Shown piece after piece: positions 14,301-26,940 of a DNA stretch of 64,000 nt. The position numbers and the translations under genes were made by a program. Origin of the DNA: Epiperipatus broadwayi (taxonomy: Eukaryota > Animalia > Onychophora); the NCBI GenBank assembly GCA_028023455.1, contig JAQFVV010000005.1, positions 14,260,001-14,324,000 of the forward strand, in the 5' to 3' direction. The notes below the pieces were generated by a model. That model had not been told where the DNA came from. It did not search any database and saw only the letters and a program-made list of their open reading frames with translations. Positions within the stretch are counted from its first letter, which is position 1. Each line of letters starts with the position of its first letter.

Positions 14301-14990
14301 ACTCAAATTCACTTTCTGACAAAAATTCTTCAAAAGCTGTCCATTTTTATTATCTACATCATCAATTTCTTCAATATGTTCATTCATATCCCCTATAACC
14401 ATTATTCTCTTCCCCTTTTCTTTAAAACTTTGTATATCCTTAACTAAACATTCGTATATGTTACTATTCCACTCCAATATAATTTGACTATCTCCAGTAG
14501 CTATATAAACTATAGCCACCATCCATTCTTGTCTACCCAACCTTATTTCAAACCACAAGTGTTCTTGACATTTAACAATATTTAAATATTTTTTTGATAT
14601 AACACCTATACCACCACCCCTTTTTTCTTTTCTATTTATACCCTGCCATACCAACTGTTCCAAAATAGGTTCTTCTTCTTCTCTTAAATGTGTTTCCACT
14701 ACTGCTAATACCTCAAGCTCTTTATTTTCAATTGTTTTATTTAATTCCATCCACTTTTCTGGTTTCCTACCACCTTGCATATTCAAAAACCCAATTTTAA
14801 CAATTTCTTCTTTCCTAACTACTCTTTTATAAATTCTTTTAATTCTTTCTTCTCCATTACATTTATAAATTACTTTCTTACCATTAATTTTACAAACCCA
14901 TTCCTTCTCCATATCTATATTTATATCAAAATCAAATTCCTTTTGCTTACTTCTTATATTCCATCCATTCTTTTTAATAATATTACAATA
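11388..14990 (-). mobile_element. Near full-length non-LTR retrotransposon, APE endonuclease + RT + C-terminal zinc knuckle (RTE/RTEX-like, clade uncertain), frameshifted
   Basis: Overlapping ORFs 13662-14912 (GFLNMQG, VVETHL, GDMN, TIDYVL, SDHN), 12902-13702 (NYRPIAV, QGGFR, FIDIEKAYDRV), 12186-12869 (LRQGCPMSPILF, FFADDI, YSYLG) and 11502-11912 (CKLC..E...HLLIEC). The 3' tail is (ACATC)n at 11388-11406. Confidence 0.95.
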
Positions 14991-15689
14991 TTAATATTAA
15001 TTTTTTAATCAGTGCTGCCCTCTGTTTGATTCTACCTGAAGTCACTCAATCTTTCACATCTTTATATTGTAAATTACCAAAAATTTTAAAACAGTTAAGT
15101 AAAGCAAAAACATATAACCTATATAATTACAGATAAAAAAGAAAAAAAATCATGCAAGATTCATCAAGATTGTTGCAATATTTGTTGAATTATAAAGTAA
15201 TAAACAAACTTTCACATTTATCCATTAACATAGATGTAGATTAAATTATATCTGATATAGTGTCTTTTAACTGAAATGCTTTTAACATGTTTTTTATATA
15301 TAGCTGAATTTGTTTAATTTATTTTCAAGAAATTTATTTTGTCCATAGCAGTTGCATAACTTTTTATATTTTTGTGACAAATTTAAAGAAAACATGTTTA
15401 ATTAAGTAAATTTAATAGACTGCCCTAAATGATGATATAATATTTATTTATTTTTTTTTAGGTTTGCAGAAATTTTATTTTGAAAACTTCATTTCTAATA
15501 CACTAAATCTTGCTGTTTATTGACTAAAAGCAATAAAGAAATTCCTTTTAATATTCTCTAACATTTATATAGAATAATTTATATGTCTGTTCAATGTTTT
15601 TTAAATGAATAAAACATTTTTTTCAAGGGAAAAATTTTTATAATATAGCTAGGGAAATAATTTCAGTGCTGCATCAAGAAATTTTTTGA

Positions 15690-17497
15690 ACATGCATGAA
15701 ACTCATTGGAGGAAAATACCTTTCTATTATTCCCTGTTTATATAAAGGCTTTTAAAAAAAAAGTTATTACAAAATTTATGATATGAATCATTCTGAAGAA
15801 AGGGATTTTTAATGGACCATGTACAATTATATAGCTGCTCCCAAAAAGCTTTTAAATAAATATGCAATGAGTCATACTGGAGAAAAAAAATTTCAGTGGG
15901 CATTGTGTGATTATAAAACTGATAAAAAGTACTATTTAAAACTCCATGAAAGAACTCATATTGGAAAAAAAGTCTTCAAATGTTCTGTATGTGATTACAA
16001 GACCTTAATAAAAGATAGTTTAAAAATTCATAAAAATACTCATAGTGAAACCTCAAAAAAAGTTTTCAAATGTTCTGTATGTGATTACAAGACCGTAATA
16101 AAAGATAGTTTAAAAATACATCAAAATACTCATAGTGAAACCTTATTCCAGTGGTTTTCCAGAAAAATTGATTTAAAATCACAAGACCAACTTCAGAAAA
16201 GAGAAGCACCATTTCAATGTTCTTTATGTAATTACCAGACAACCATAAAAGAAAATTTTAAATTACATGAAATATATCATGCAAGAAAAAAACCCTTTCA
16301 ATGTTTTTTGTGTGATTACAAAACAACTGTAAAAGCTCATTTAAAATTGCATGAAACAAATCATATAGAAGAAAAATCCTTTTAATGTTCTTTGTGTGAT
16401 TACAAGACAGCCATAAAAGCTTATTTAAAATCACATAAAATAATTCATACAGAAGAAAAACCATTTCAATATTCTTTGTGTGATTACAAGTCAGCCAGAA
16501 AGTATCAGTTAAAATCACATGAAGTAATTCATAAAAAAACATTTCAAAGTTCTTTCTGTGATTACAAGACTAATCGTATGATCTTCTCAAAAGTACATGA
16601 AAAACTTCATATTGGAGAAAAATCATTTCAGTCTTCTATAAGTAATTTCAAAGCAGTTAGAGAAGTTCATTTAGAATCACATACAATTCATACAGAGAAA
16701 AAATTGCTTCAGTGTTCTATATGTGACTACAATACCTATCATAAGACATTTAACGATACATAAAATACTTCATAATTCAGAAAAACCATTCCAATGAACT
16801 ATATGTGATTTTAAGGCTATTACTGAATATAGTTTAAAACAACATGAAATAACTCGTGGAGAAAAATTATTTCAATGTGCTTTATGTGGTTTCAAGACAG
16901 CCACAAAAGATCATTTACAATCACATGAAATACTTCATACAGGAAAAAATATATTTCAATGTTCTTTTTGTGATGTTATAACAGATAATAAACATTTAAA
17001 AATTACATGAAATAACTCATGTAGAACAAAAATCTTTTCAGTGCAACTGGTGCAGTTATCGCAGAACTATAATAAGTGATTTAAAATTGAACAAAGGACT
17101 TCATATGGAAGAACTTTTCCAATGCAACTTGTGTGATTTCAAAACAAGTATAAAAGAAAATTCAAAAAGACATCAAATGATTCATTCAGTCCAAAAACAT
17201 CGTTTAATATTACCTAAAGTAAGTCACATTGATAATTATGTTCAAAAGTCTTTTTTAAGAAGACAAGAAAAAACTCATAAAGACAATATATTTCATTACA
17301 ATTTGTACAATTATCAATCTATGTTTGAACAGTTAGATCTTAAAGGAAACAATTCTGTCAAGACTAAGGAGAATATTGAAATGCATAAATGTTTTTTGTG
17401 TGATTACAAAATTTCTGAAAAATGTCTTTTGGACAGACATGAAGCAAGTCATTTCTCTCATCATGAAACCATTGAGTTCCTTATACGATTCTGTTGA
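15690..17497 (+). pseudogene. Disrupted tandem C2H2 zinc-finger gene, copy 1
   Basis: Repeated CxxCDYKT.....LKxHxxxH with TEEKPFQ-type linkers across ORFs 15819-16385, 16392-16763 and 17087-17497. In-frame stops (e.g. TAA at 16383-16385 for Q in F-Q-C), lost Cys/His residues and frameshifts. Confidence 0.85.
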
Positions 17498-18144
17498 ATT
17501 CAGTTTTAAAAACAATCTATGCCAGTTTAATAAAAAAAATTGAAATATTTTAATATAAATAGTAAATATGGTCATAAAATAACCTGAATTTGTTTATTGT
17601 TAATTAAAGACAAAATAAAAGAAGTAAATTATTTTAAAGTTTTGGGAGAATGATTGGAATTATCTAAAGAAACTAATGATTAAAAATGAAACTTAGAATA
17701 TAAAATGAAACTAAATCAGATGGAAGTGAAAAATAAGTAGATAATCCATTACTTTATGATAGTTGTAAAAATTTTAAATGAAGGTAATTTCATTTGTTAT
17801 GTTTAACAAAAGCTATATATATTTTTTGTGTATTGATAATTAAAACAATTATTTATCATTTTGTTGCCATACACATATAAGTTCTGCAAAACTTTCTTTA
17901 CAAATGTGTCTTCATGTAAGCCAATGTTTTTCTTAATTATTATAACTCATAGAATAATTATTGCATCCCATGATTAATTGGACTGTGGAAGTCAAATATT
18001 GGTAGAAATTGTCCAAAAATTTAATAGATATTATGTAGTTGCTAATCTAATTTTGGAATCATTATTGCCAATACCGTAGCTAACATTTATGATGGTAAAT
18101 GCAATTTTAGGGAATAAATGTTTCTTTTTATTAAGTCATTAAAA

Positions 18145-18335
18145 TTTAAACCACTAAACATCACATGATCACCATTTCATACTAGCACATAATTGTTTTT
18201 AAACAATGCAAAACTCTTTATACAGTAGTACCACCCAGTGCCAAACAGAGTAATCAATGGATGCCAGAAGGCTTGTGCATCCATTGATTAAACTGGGTGG
18301 CACTACTGTATAAAGAGTTTTGCCTTGTTCATTAA
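18145..18335. mobile_element. Foldback family copy C (hairpin 18201-18329)
   Basis: aaaccactaaacatcacatgatcacc terminus followed by arms gcaaaactctttatacagtagt and actactgtataaagagttttgc. Confidence 0.75.
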
Positions 18336-21300
18336 AATTTATTCAAGGATTTTCAATATATTTAATAGTGCAATATCTTTACAAGAGTCAGCCTGTTATC
18401 ATTGCATGAATTACAGTTTATTTAAACACCATTTCTTTTTATTGGTGAAATACATTCCCATTGAACAAATAAAACATCAATTGTAATTACATTTGTATTT
18501 GCATACATTTCTAAATAAAATTGAAGGAAAAAGAAATCAAAACTCAGAAATTAAAAAACTTATGTGCATTATTTTCTCTATTTTATTTTAAGAAGTTTGT
18601 TGAATTGATTACCAGTGTGTAAATTATTCTTCAAAAGTATATAACAAAAAATTTGCGCTTGTTTTTGGTTCTCGGATTAGCTTTTCATATTTTTATTCTC
18701 AGACACATCTTTTTTCATATTATCATTATATCTCCATGATTGTTTTTTTTTTTTCAGTATATGCTTTAAATAGTCTTTGCTTTTTATTCTGTTTTGAGGA
18801 TTAAGTGAAGATTTGGAACACTTATCAGATGGTATGTTTCGCAAGTTTTTTAGTGAATCACTTTTATCCATTATTGTGGACTGATATACTTTATTTTGAT
18901 TATTGCTTTATTTTTTTTATAGTGCAGAGTTTATTTTACTAAATAAGAAAATAGTTAACTTGTTGTTGCCTACAATCTTGAAGTACAGATGAGAGTTGAA
19001 AATTAAAATTATATTTAAAATAGTCCTAAAACATAAAGTTAATGGTGATAGCCATTTTGCCAAATTTAAATGCTGCTTTTATGAGCTTGTTTATATAAGA
19101 AAATGAAAAATGATTTAGTATTGAAAGAGAAAAGAAGTCATATATATCCCATTGGATTATCAATGGTGATTCAATTGAAAGGATATAAGATAATAATAAA
19201 AAATTGTGTTCTCAAATCTGCTTAAGATATAAAAACAGTTTTTAATGAAAACTTAAATTTGTGAGTGGGATGCATCAACAAATAGAATCATCTGATTATT
19301 AATATATATTGTATCATCAAAGAATTTTTTACTACAAAACAACTGTAATAGAAAGACTGTACCTATAAACAGAATCTAGTATGAAATAAAAAATATAATG
19401 TGGGAATTGTATATTCTGTATTTCATCATTTTATATTTAATTAAAGAAAAATGAAGACAATAACGAGTTTTATTTCTTTAAATGAGAGAATAACTGATTG
19501 TACATACATATGATCTTGCTTAGATGTTACTACAATACATATGCAAATGTGCTCTTAATTTATTCCTCCATAATTGCATTATTCTTATTTTTTTCTTGAT
19601 ATATTTTTGTGATACCAATATCACAACTGCTTGACTTCCTTTCGATACAGACCTATAAATATGAGTAATTTAATTGAAGAGTTATATCACTCTCTATAGG
19701 TCACCATACCTTTTTAATTTGTTAAATATAGAAGCAGAACATTGAAGTCGCCCCCTTATGTTAACAATTACATCTTCTTATCTAGTTAAAATGCTATCAA
19801 AATATTTAAAACTATTTACATTCTAAAGCTCATAATCACCATAACAATTTCTGAAGATTTATTCCATCACTGACTGATTAAAGACTCAAATTGTTTAAAC
19901 ATTATTTACTAAAACCATTTGTGGCTTGCGTTAAATACATTTTTATGTTGTAATGAAATAGCAAAAGTCATTTTGCTAACTGCAGTATTTTGTCTTTTCA
20001 TGAACAAATGCAAATCTTTATTTCTGTTGTATTTGTACATATATTTATTTTTTAATAAATTTAATCATTACCTGAATTTTTAAAATTGTGATTTATTCAC
20101 ATTTACTTGTAATTTATATATGATTCATAATGCAGAAGACAAATAGGGAGCTAACAATCTCAATAATTAGTTACTTAACTTTAAAAAATCTGAAGGCTAA
20201 CAAAAGTAGTAATAAATTATGGATGATCTTTAATACAATCTTCAGAAAGATGTCCTATGGGAAAATAAGTATAGATTTTTGTATCTATCTACTGACTCAC
20301 TTTTACTTCATGATTGCCCATTTATGATTTATTATTTTAGTTGTATAATGAACCACAATGTTGACCAATTAATCAGTTTACCTATTTGATAGGCACAATT
20401 AACCAAAATCGGCCTATCCATCAGTAACAATGTAACATTGAATCCAATAAATGTATTCACATTTTCTAAATGTAAAGTTATTTACTTATGCATAAGCATA
20501 TGCTGAAATAGTATCACAATGATATGCTATCCATATGATGTGGGTTTGATTCAGAACCTAGAAAAACTTGGATTTTTAAATATAATATTTTCCAATTAAA
20601 CTGAGACTTTTTCTTTGAAGTAACTGGCCTATATCCAATTCTATTAAGCATTCACTATTAGTCAATAAATACATAACTAACTTGTTATAAGGTAAAGAAT
20701 GAATTGAGAATAAAAAGTTATTCAAACTCTCACAAACTGCCAAATTGAATGCCTGATGAGTAATGACTTTTTCTCCATTAAGTCTCTGGGAGATCTTGCT
20801 GGGAAAGCCTTTATCTTGCTGTTGATTGAATAAAGACTGTTATATGTATGAAATCAGACAAATTTATTTTGCTACTAATATTTATATATATTATTGCTCT
20901 TTATCAATAAAGGAAGTCATATATAATGTGACATTGCTCTCTGTATTTCATTATTGCTCTTTGTATATTCTTCTTAAATTAGTGTAAGATCAATACAAAT
21001 ACCTTTGACAAATATATTTAATATTATTTTTATAATATTCATCTTTGAATTTAATACACAATTGTGAATATTAAAAACTTGTTAACCAATTAAAGGTAAG
21101 TTTAAAAATCGATGATAATAAAAGTTTTAACTAAAGTTCTATATAAGGTATTAGTAGGAAGCTTGATATGTATTAAGCTTGAAACTAGATCTAATTTATC
21201 ATTTGCTATAAAATATAACCAGATTTTACCATTTTTTTAAAACATACTAGAAACATTTCATTAAATAAGTTACAAAACTTATTTATTATTGATATAAATC

Positions 21301-21995
21301 ATGGGATAAGTAATATTAGTATTTATTGTAAAGATAAATGAATATATAATTTATATGTAAATTGTCAATGGTCTCATAATGAAAGTTAGAAATATTCTTT
21401 AGTCTTGTTTCCACATGAGAAGGATGTATTTGTAGATCAACTTTAAGAAAATATATATACTGTTAAATATATTAAAATTTGTGAAGATAGTAAGACCTAT
21501 ATTAATTGGTTAGTATGCAAGAAGGAGAAAAACTGTCAAAATATTTAAGAATTATATTTTATGCTTATTTGGTAATATCAAATCTTAATGCAAGATATGA
21601 CAAAAGTAAATCATGTGGTTAAAAAAAAAGGCTTGTCATTTTTTGTAAGAGAAAATAGAAACTCTGCTATTATTACTGTTTGTCAGTAAAATACTTCATT
21701 TGGGATGGTTCATTTTCTAGTCTATACCTGTCAGTCCGTATATATTAAATATTGTTTAAAAAATTAGCTTTAAACATTTTAAATTGGTACAATATAAGTA
21801 TCATTCTCTGTTAGTGTAATTTTTTATGTCAGAGAATAGGACATGGAATGTTATTTGCGGATTTTATTTTTTTGTAGAAATATACACCTGTTTTTTCACA
21901 ATCCATTTTCTTACATAAATCAGATATTATGTGCATTTTGTATATATTTCTGTCCTTAGTATAAAATTAACTTCAAAATAATATATCTTTAAGGT

Positions 21996-22178
21996 TTAAG
22001 GCTATAACTTTAAGACTATGCGCTTAGATGCAACAGTAGGGACCTCTACAAATCTTAACACAAGATTAAACTTTAAAAGACGAGCCACTCTTGTCTTTTA
22101 AAGTTTAATCTTGTGTTAAGATTTGTAGATGTTCCTACTGTCACATCTAAGCGCATAGTATTAAGGTTATAGCCTTAA
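21996..22178. mobile_element. Near-perfect hairpin MITE flanked by TTAA (Kolobok-like termini GG...CC)
   Basis: About 85-bp inverted arms (21997-22081 and 22093-22177) around an 11-nt loop: TTAA|GGCTATAAC...GTTATAGCC|TTAA. Confidence 0.7.
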
Positions 22179-22939
22179 TATATATTACTTACGTAATGAG
22201 TATGTGCTTAACAAATTATTAATTACAAGTTTAACATTTAAGTAACTTAAAAGTTCATGTTTATCATGTATCAAAAACAATAAAAAGACAAACTAAATCT
22301 TATATATACTGATTAAAGATTAATTATTAATATTATTTTAAGCTGAATATTCACAATAGTTGTAAGATTTTTTAATATTTACACTTTGCACAAATCAGCT
22401 ATTCTAAATTAAACGTGAAAAGGAGTTCAATATGGACTGCCTAGCTAATAAGATTACTGATTCATTGTTATCAGTTTGAGCAAGTAATACATACCTGTTT
22501 GGGCAGTGATTATTTATTTTATGACCTTGAACCACTGACATTGTGGCCTTCCAGTATAGCTTTGTCATTAGGTTTTTTTTTTGTCATCAATTAAATATTC
22601 AAATTACTGATTTCTTGTTTTCAGAGTTTCATCAGAGATTTTTCAAAACTTGCTGCTTGTGGGTATATCAAATAAAAAAAAATCTTATTTAGCTTAAAGA
22701 TAATAAATATTACATATAAATTTTACCTTAGATGATCTAGTTTGAATATATTGTTAGCTATAATTTAAATCCATGGGGGTGGGGTCTGATTTGTTCTATT
22801 GCCAATCTATTTTAACAAAATATCAATATTTTTGCGATGCTAAACAAGCAGTCTAAATTTCTAGAATTAAGTATTTTATTTTAGAGCTGATTAGACCTTG
22901 GTTGTTTTGCGTACATGAATGTATGTGTAACTAAGAGTG

Positions 22940-23115
22940 TTAAACCACTAAACATCACATGATCACCATCTCTATACTAGCACATAATTGTTGTAAACAA
23001 AGGTAAAACTCTTCATACACTAATAGGGATTTTATGCACAAGCCGTCTGGCATCCATTGATTATTCTGTTTGGCACAGGGTGGCACTACTGTATGGAGAG
23101 TTGCCTTTGTTTGTA
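22940..23115. mobile_element. Foldback family copy D
   Basis: aaaccactaaacatcacatgatcaccatctc...ggattttatgcacaagccgtctggcatccattgatta...ggcacagggtggcactactgtatggagag. Confidence 0.75.
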
Positions 23116-23399
23116 ACTAAGAGTGTGTGGAAGCAAACAGTTAAATAAGCAAATATTTAGGTTAGAATTGAAATTTGACAAAATAATAACAAGCTAACAA
23201 GATTATCTTATTATTCTAGAGCTTAATTTTATTTTCTGTTAAAATTTTATATTTAAAAACAATAGTATTATATGAATAAGAGGAAATGGGTAAGAAGATT
23301 ATTGTGAATGTTTTATTTTAAATGTAATACACAACTGTTAATAAAAACCTCCACAGAAAAGGTGGTTTTTAAAAAAATATTCAGCTTTATTACTGCCAA

Positions 23400-23960
23400 G
23401 AATGCTTCCGATATAACATGTATATCATATTTTTTACTTCTAGTAATATGACTTAAGAGTTCTTAGTATTAATGTATAAGTAGTGACTAATTAACTATTC
23501 GAAATATTAAATTTTTTTAAAAAATTTATTTAAATGGCTCACTTCTTTAATAGCCATGTGCTTGTATCCTTTCTATTGATTGCAAAATAGTCACTATTGT
23601 CCAGGCCTCCTTATTTTTCCACTTTCAGTTCTCTCCTTCCATATATATAATTTTTGATTTGATAATTCAACTTTGTGGCTGAGTTTTTTGCTCATGGTCA
23701 GTGAATATTGATGAGTATTCTTTATTTTTGAGGGCTCAATTATATAAATATCTATGTTGGGCCAATCTAGTTGAAATATTGACCCTTGACTCCCAATAGT
23801 ATGCTAAGTTGCATGCATATTGGCTGCATTTAATTTTATAGACCACTTGATGTGCAGAATCATTCAACAAAATGTCGTTAGAATTGTTAATTAATTGGTT
23901 CAGTGATGGGGAGAGAATATAAAAGCTTACATTGAATTTGTCTTTGCAAATCTTTTTTAA
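23400..23960 (-). mobile_element. Highly degenerate LINE 3' remnant
   Basis: Only weak RTE-like fragments in minus frames, with no intact motif. Confidence 0.25.
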
Positions 23961-24569
23961 TTTATGTGCCCATATGAGATGTTTATTATTTAAAATTTAC
24001 ACATATATTTGAAGGTGTAAATAATTATTTAGAAATTATTTATTTATTTTAAATAAACATAAGTGTTCTAAAGCAGTATTCATCAATCTTTGGGTCATGC
24101 CCAAATTTTTAGGGTTGCGAAATGATAGAAAAATTATATAAATACTAATAGTAAGTGTCAGACTTTCATTGGTGAAAAATTAAAAAAAGAGATGTGGCCA
24201 TTACTCTAGAGCTTCCCCATACCTACTGTAAAAACCCAAATCGTAAATAAACAGGTGCATGCATGCTGCAAAGCCTTGAATAGTAATGTATTATACACAA
24301 CCATTTTGCTTCACTTGATTACAAGTTTAAATTCAGTTTCATTGTTATGGTTTGCTGTTATGAAAAATAACAAATGAAATAGCTCTAATAATTTTTTTGT
24401 TCCTATATCATATCATATTTGAATGTATTTTTTGTACCATCTTATTATGGAACAGCAAATTAATTTCCAAACCTAACCTAAAAATAGAGTTAAGAACTGA
24501 GTAGAAAACTGAGAGTAATTTATATCAAAACAAAGAAAGAAATTGAAATAAACAACATTATTGTATTAA

Positions 24570-24890
24570 AACAGGCAAAACTCTATTAGTAAACAGGCAA
24601 AAACTGTCCATATAATAGTGCCACCTTGTGCTAACCAGAGTAATCAATGGATGCCAGAAGGCTTGTGCATAAAATCCTATCTAGTGTCTACTCATCCAAT
24701 ATCCCCAGACTAGTTTCTGGCTTGTGGCACTACTATATGGAGAGTTTTTGCCTGTTTACTAACAGTTATGTGCTAGCATGAGATGGTGATCATGTTATGT
24801 TTAGTGGCAAAACTCTATACATATTGCCACTCAGTGCAATCCAGAGTAATCAATGGATGCCTTTGATGCCTTCTGGCATCATTTCTAACA
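24570..24890. mobile_element. Foldback family copy E (rearranged; carries the 3' half of the hammerhead core on the minus strand)
   Basis: atccccagactagtttc at 24701-24717 is the reverse complement of GAAACTAGTCTGGGGAT, identical to copy B. Family arms flank it on both sides. Confidence 0.75.
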
Positions 24891-25289
24891 ATTGAAAGAT
24901 GAGACTTATTCTTTTTAAACATGTTTATTTACTTCTCTGGTTTATTAAATATTTGATATGATTTATTATTCGTGAATCATTGTACAATGCATTCAACTTC
25001 AAAATTTTGTATTTCATTGAAATTTAAAAATGTTGTGATTTGCGATTTTTACATTTACATTTTTTTCCTTTCATTTATATGCAAAATTGTTGCTTAACTT
25101 TTTTACAAGCTTTTCTTTCTTTGAAGTTTTCTCTTATTTTTTTTTTTTTTTGTTGCATACACAGAATTCAAGAAATCCCAATCTTATTTGCTTTTTTTTT
25201 TTAAACCCATGTCTTATTTTATTATGGAAAATAAAGCAAATTAATAAAAAAATTTGAAATAACAGAAAAAGAAAATTCTCATGACACAT

Positions 25290-26940
25290 ATCCAGATAAC
25301 AAAAATGCTAAAAATCTCAATATTTCAAGCGAATCAGTAGCAAGAAAATCAAAATGAGAGAACAGTTTTACTTACACTTATCAAGAAAAATTTATTACAT
25401 TCAAATTTACTTTTATAAAAGAAAATTAGTTAATGCTTGAATGAAAACTAATGAGACATTTGGCAACAAATACAGCTAATATAAAGATAAACCTAAGGCT
25501 TTTTTTTAAAGAAAACATGAATTAAAAACGATCATCTAATTTTATAAAATGTATATCTTTTGATAAAAAATTGTTGAAATAAGATTAGCAACTTTGTATG
25601 TTGCTAAATGTTAAGAAATTGGAGAAATGTTATTAAAACCATGCATGAGAGGTAAAGTGAATTATTTGGTAAAAAATTTTAAGCAAAAATCAATGCTATT
25701 CCCATGCCAAATAACATCAGCTATCAAATAATCAACTTGTCTGATGACAATGCATTGCAATTAATGCAAATAATACTGAAGTCTCGATATTATGCTATTC
25801 AATTGAATAAATCGCCAGTCATATCAAATGATATAATATTATTAGTATAGAGATATGTTGATTTTACATCTAAAAATACACAGAAAAAAATACTTTCAGT
25901 TTGAAATTGAAATCCAGAACATCAGAAGAAAATTTTAAAAATATCAATTCCTATTTTGCAACAAAAAATGTTTCATGGAATACTTACATTAGGATCTGTT
26001 CCGATGGGGCTGTGGCAATGACAGGAAAGAATAGGGACTTGGTAGCATTTATAAAGGAAGTTGCTCACCCAGATTTGTTAATAAATCATTGTTTTTTTCC
26101 ATTGGAAATAATTAGCAACCAAACGTGAGTGAAATTTACATTATGTTCTTAACTAATATGTACAAATAGTAAACTATATTTGAAAGAGTGCTGTAAAAAC
26201 CTGTTTCTTAAACATAAAGTGTGATGAAATAGGTTCAGCTCATAAACAGATATTATTATATTCACATATCAGATGGCTTGTAAGAAGAAAAGTTTTGACA
26301 TGTTTATTCAAACTTTGAGTAGAAATTGAAATATTTTTTTAAGGGACCAGAAATCAACATTAATTGAATATTTTGAAAATCGTTTGTGGCTTACTAAAGT
26401 TGCCATTTTCACTAAGAAATGACATTGATTTGTTATTGCAAGGAAATCAGAATAAGCTTTTTATTTTTAGTAATAAAATATGAAGCTTTTATTACAAAAT
26501 TTGAATTCTACTTAAACAAATTTAAACGAGGATTATTTTAATATGATAATTCATCAGGGTCAGATTATATAAAAACATTTATTAAAAATAAAAGAACAAT
26601 TTATTATTTATTTCTCATGTAAAGATGATTTCATTTGTGTAAAATTCCCTTCAAAGAATATAAATCAAATAATTTAACTTTAACAGACAAGAATTTGGAA
26701 ATCATTTTTAAAGATAATCGAAATAATATAACTAAATTTTGGTTAAATTCAAGATGAATATTAAATTTTGTGTGAAAAATGTATAAAATTATTCCATTTG
26801 TAATGACATATTTAGCAGAAAGTGGAATTTCAACAATGGTTATAACAAAAAACATTCTGAAATCTATTTGACTTAAAATGTGAAATGATGGTAGCATTAA
26901 ATAATTTCATCAAAGCGAGAACATTTTAATAGAAAACAGA
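25290..26940 (+). mobile_element. hAT transposase remnant (Charlie/Buster, ZBED8-like)
   Basis: ORF 25901-26128 ICSDGAVAMTGKN...FIKEVAHP.LLINHCFF. Other frames give YYAIQLNKS, LLYSHIRWL and TYLAESGISTMV. Many stops. Confidence 0.85.
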
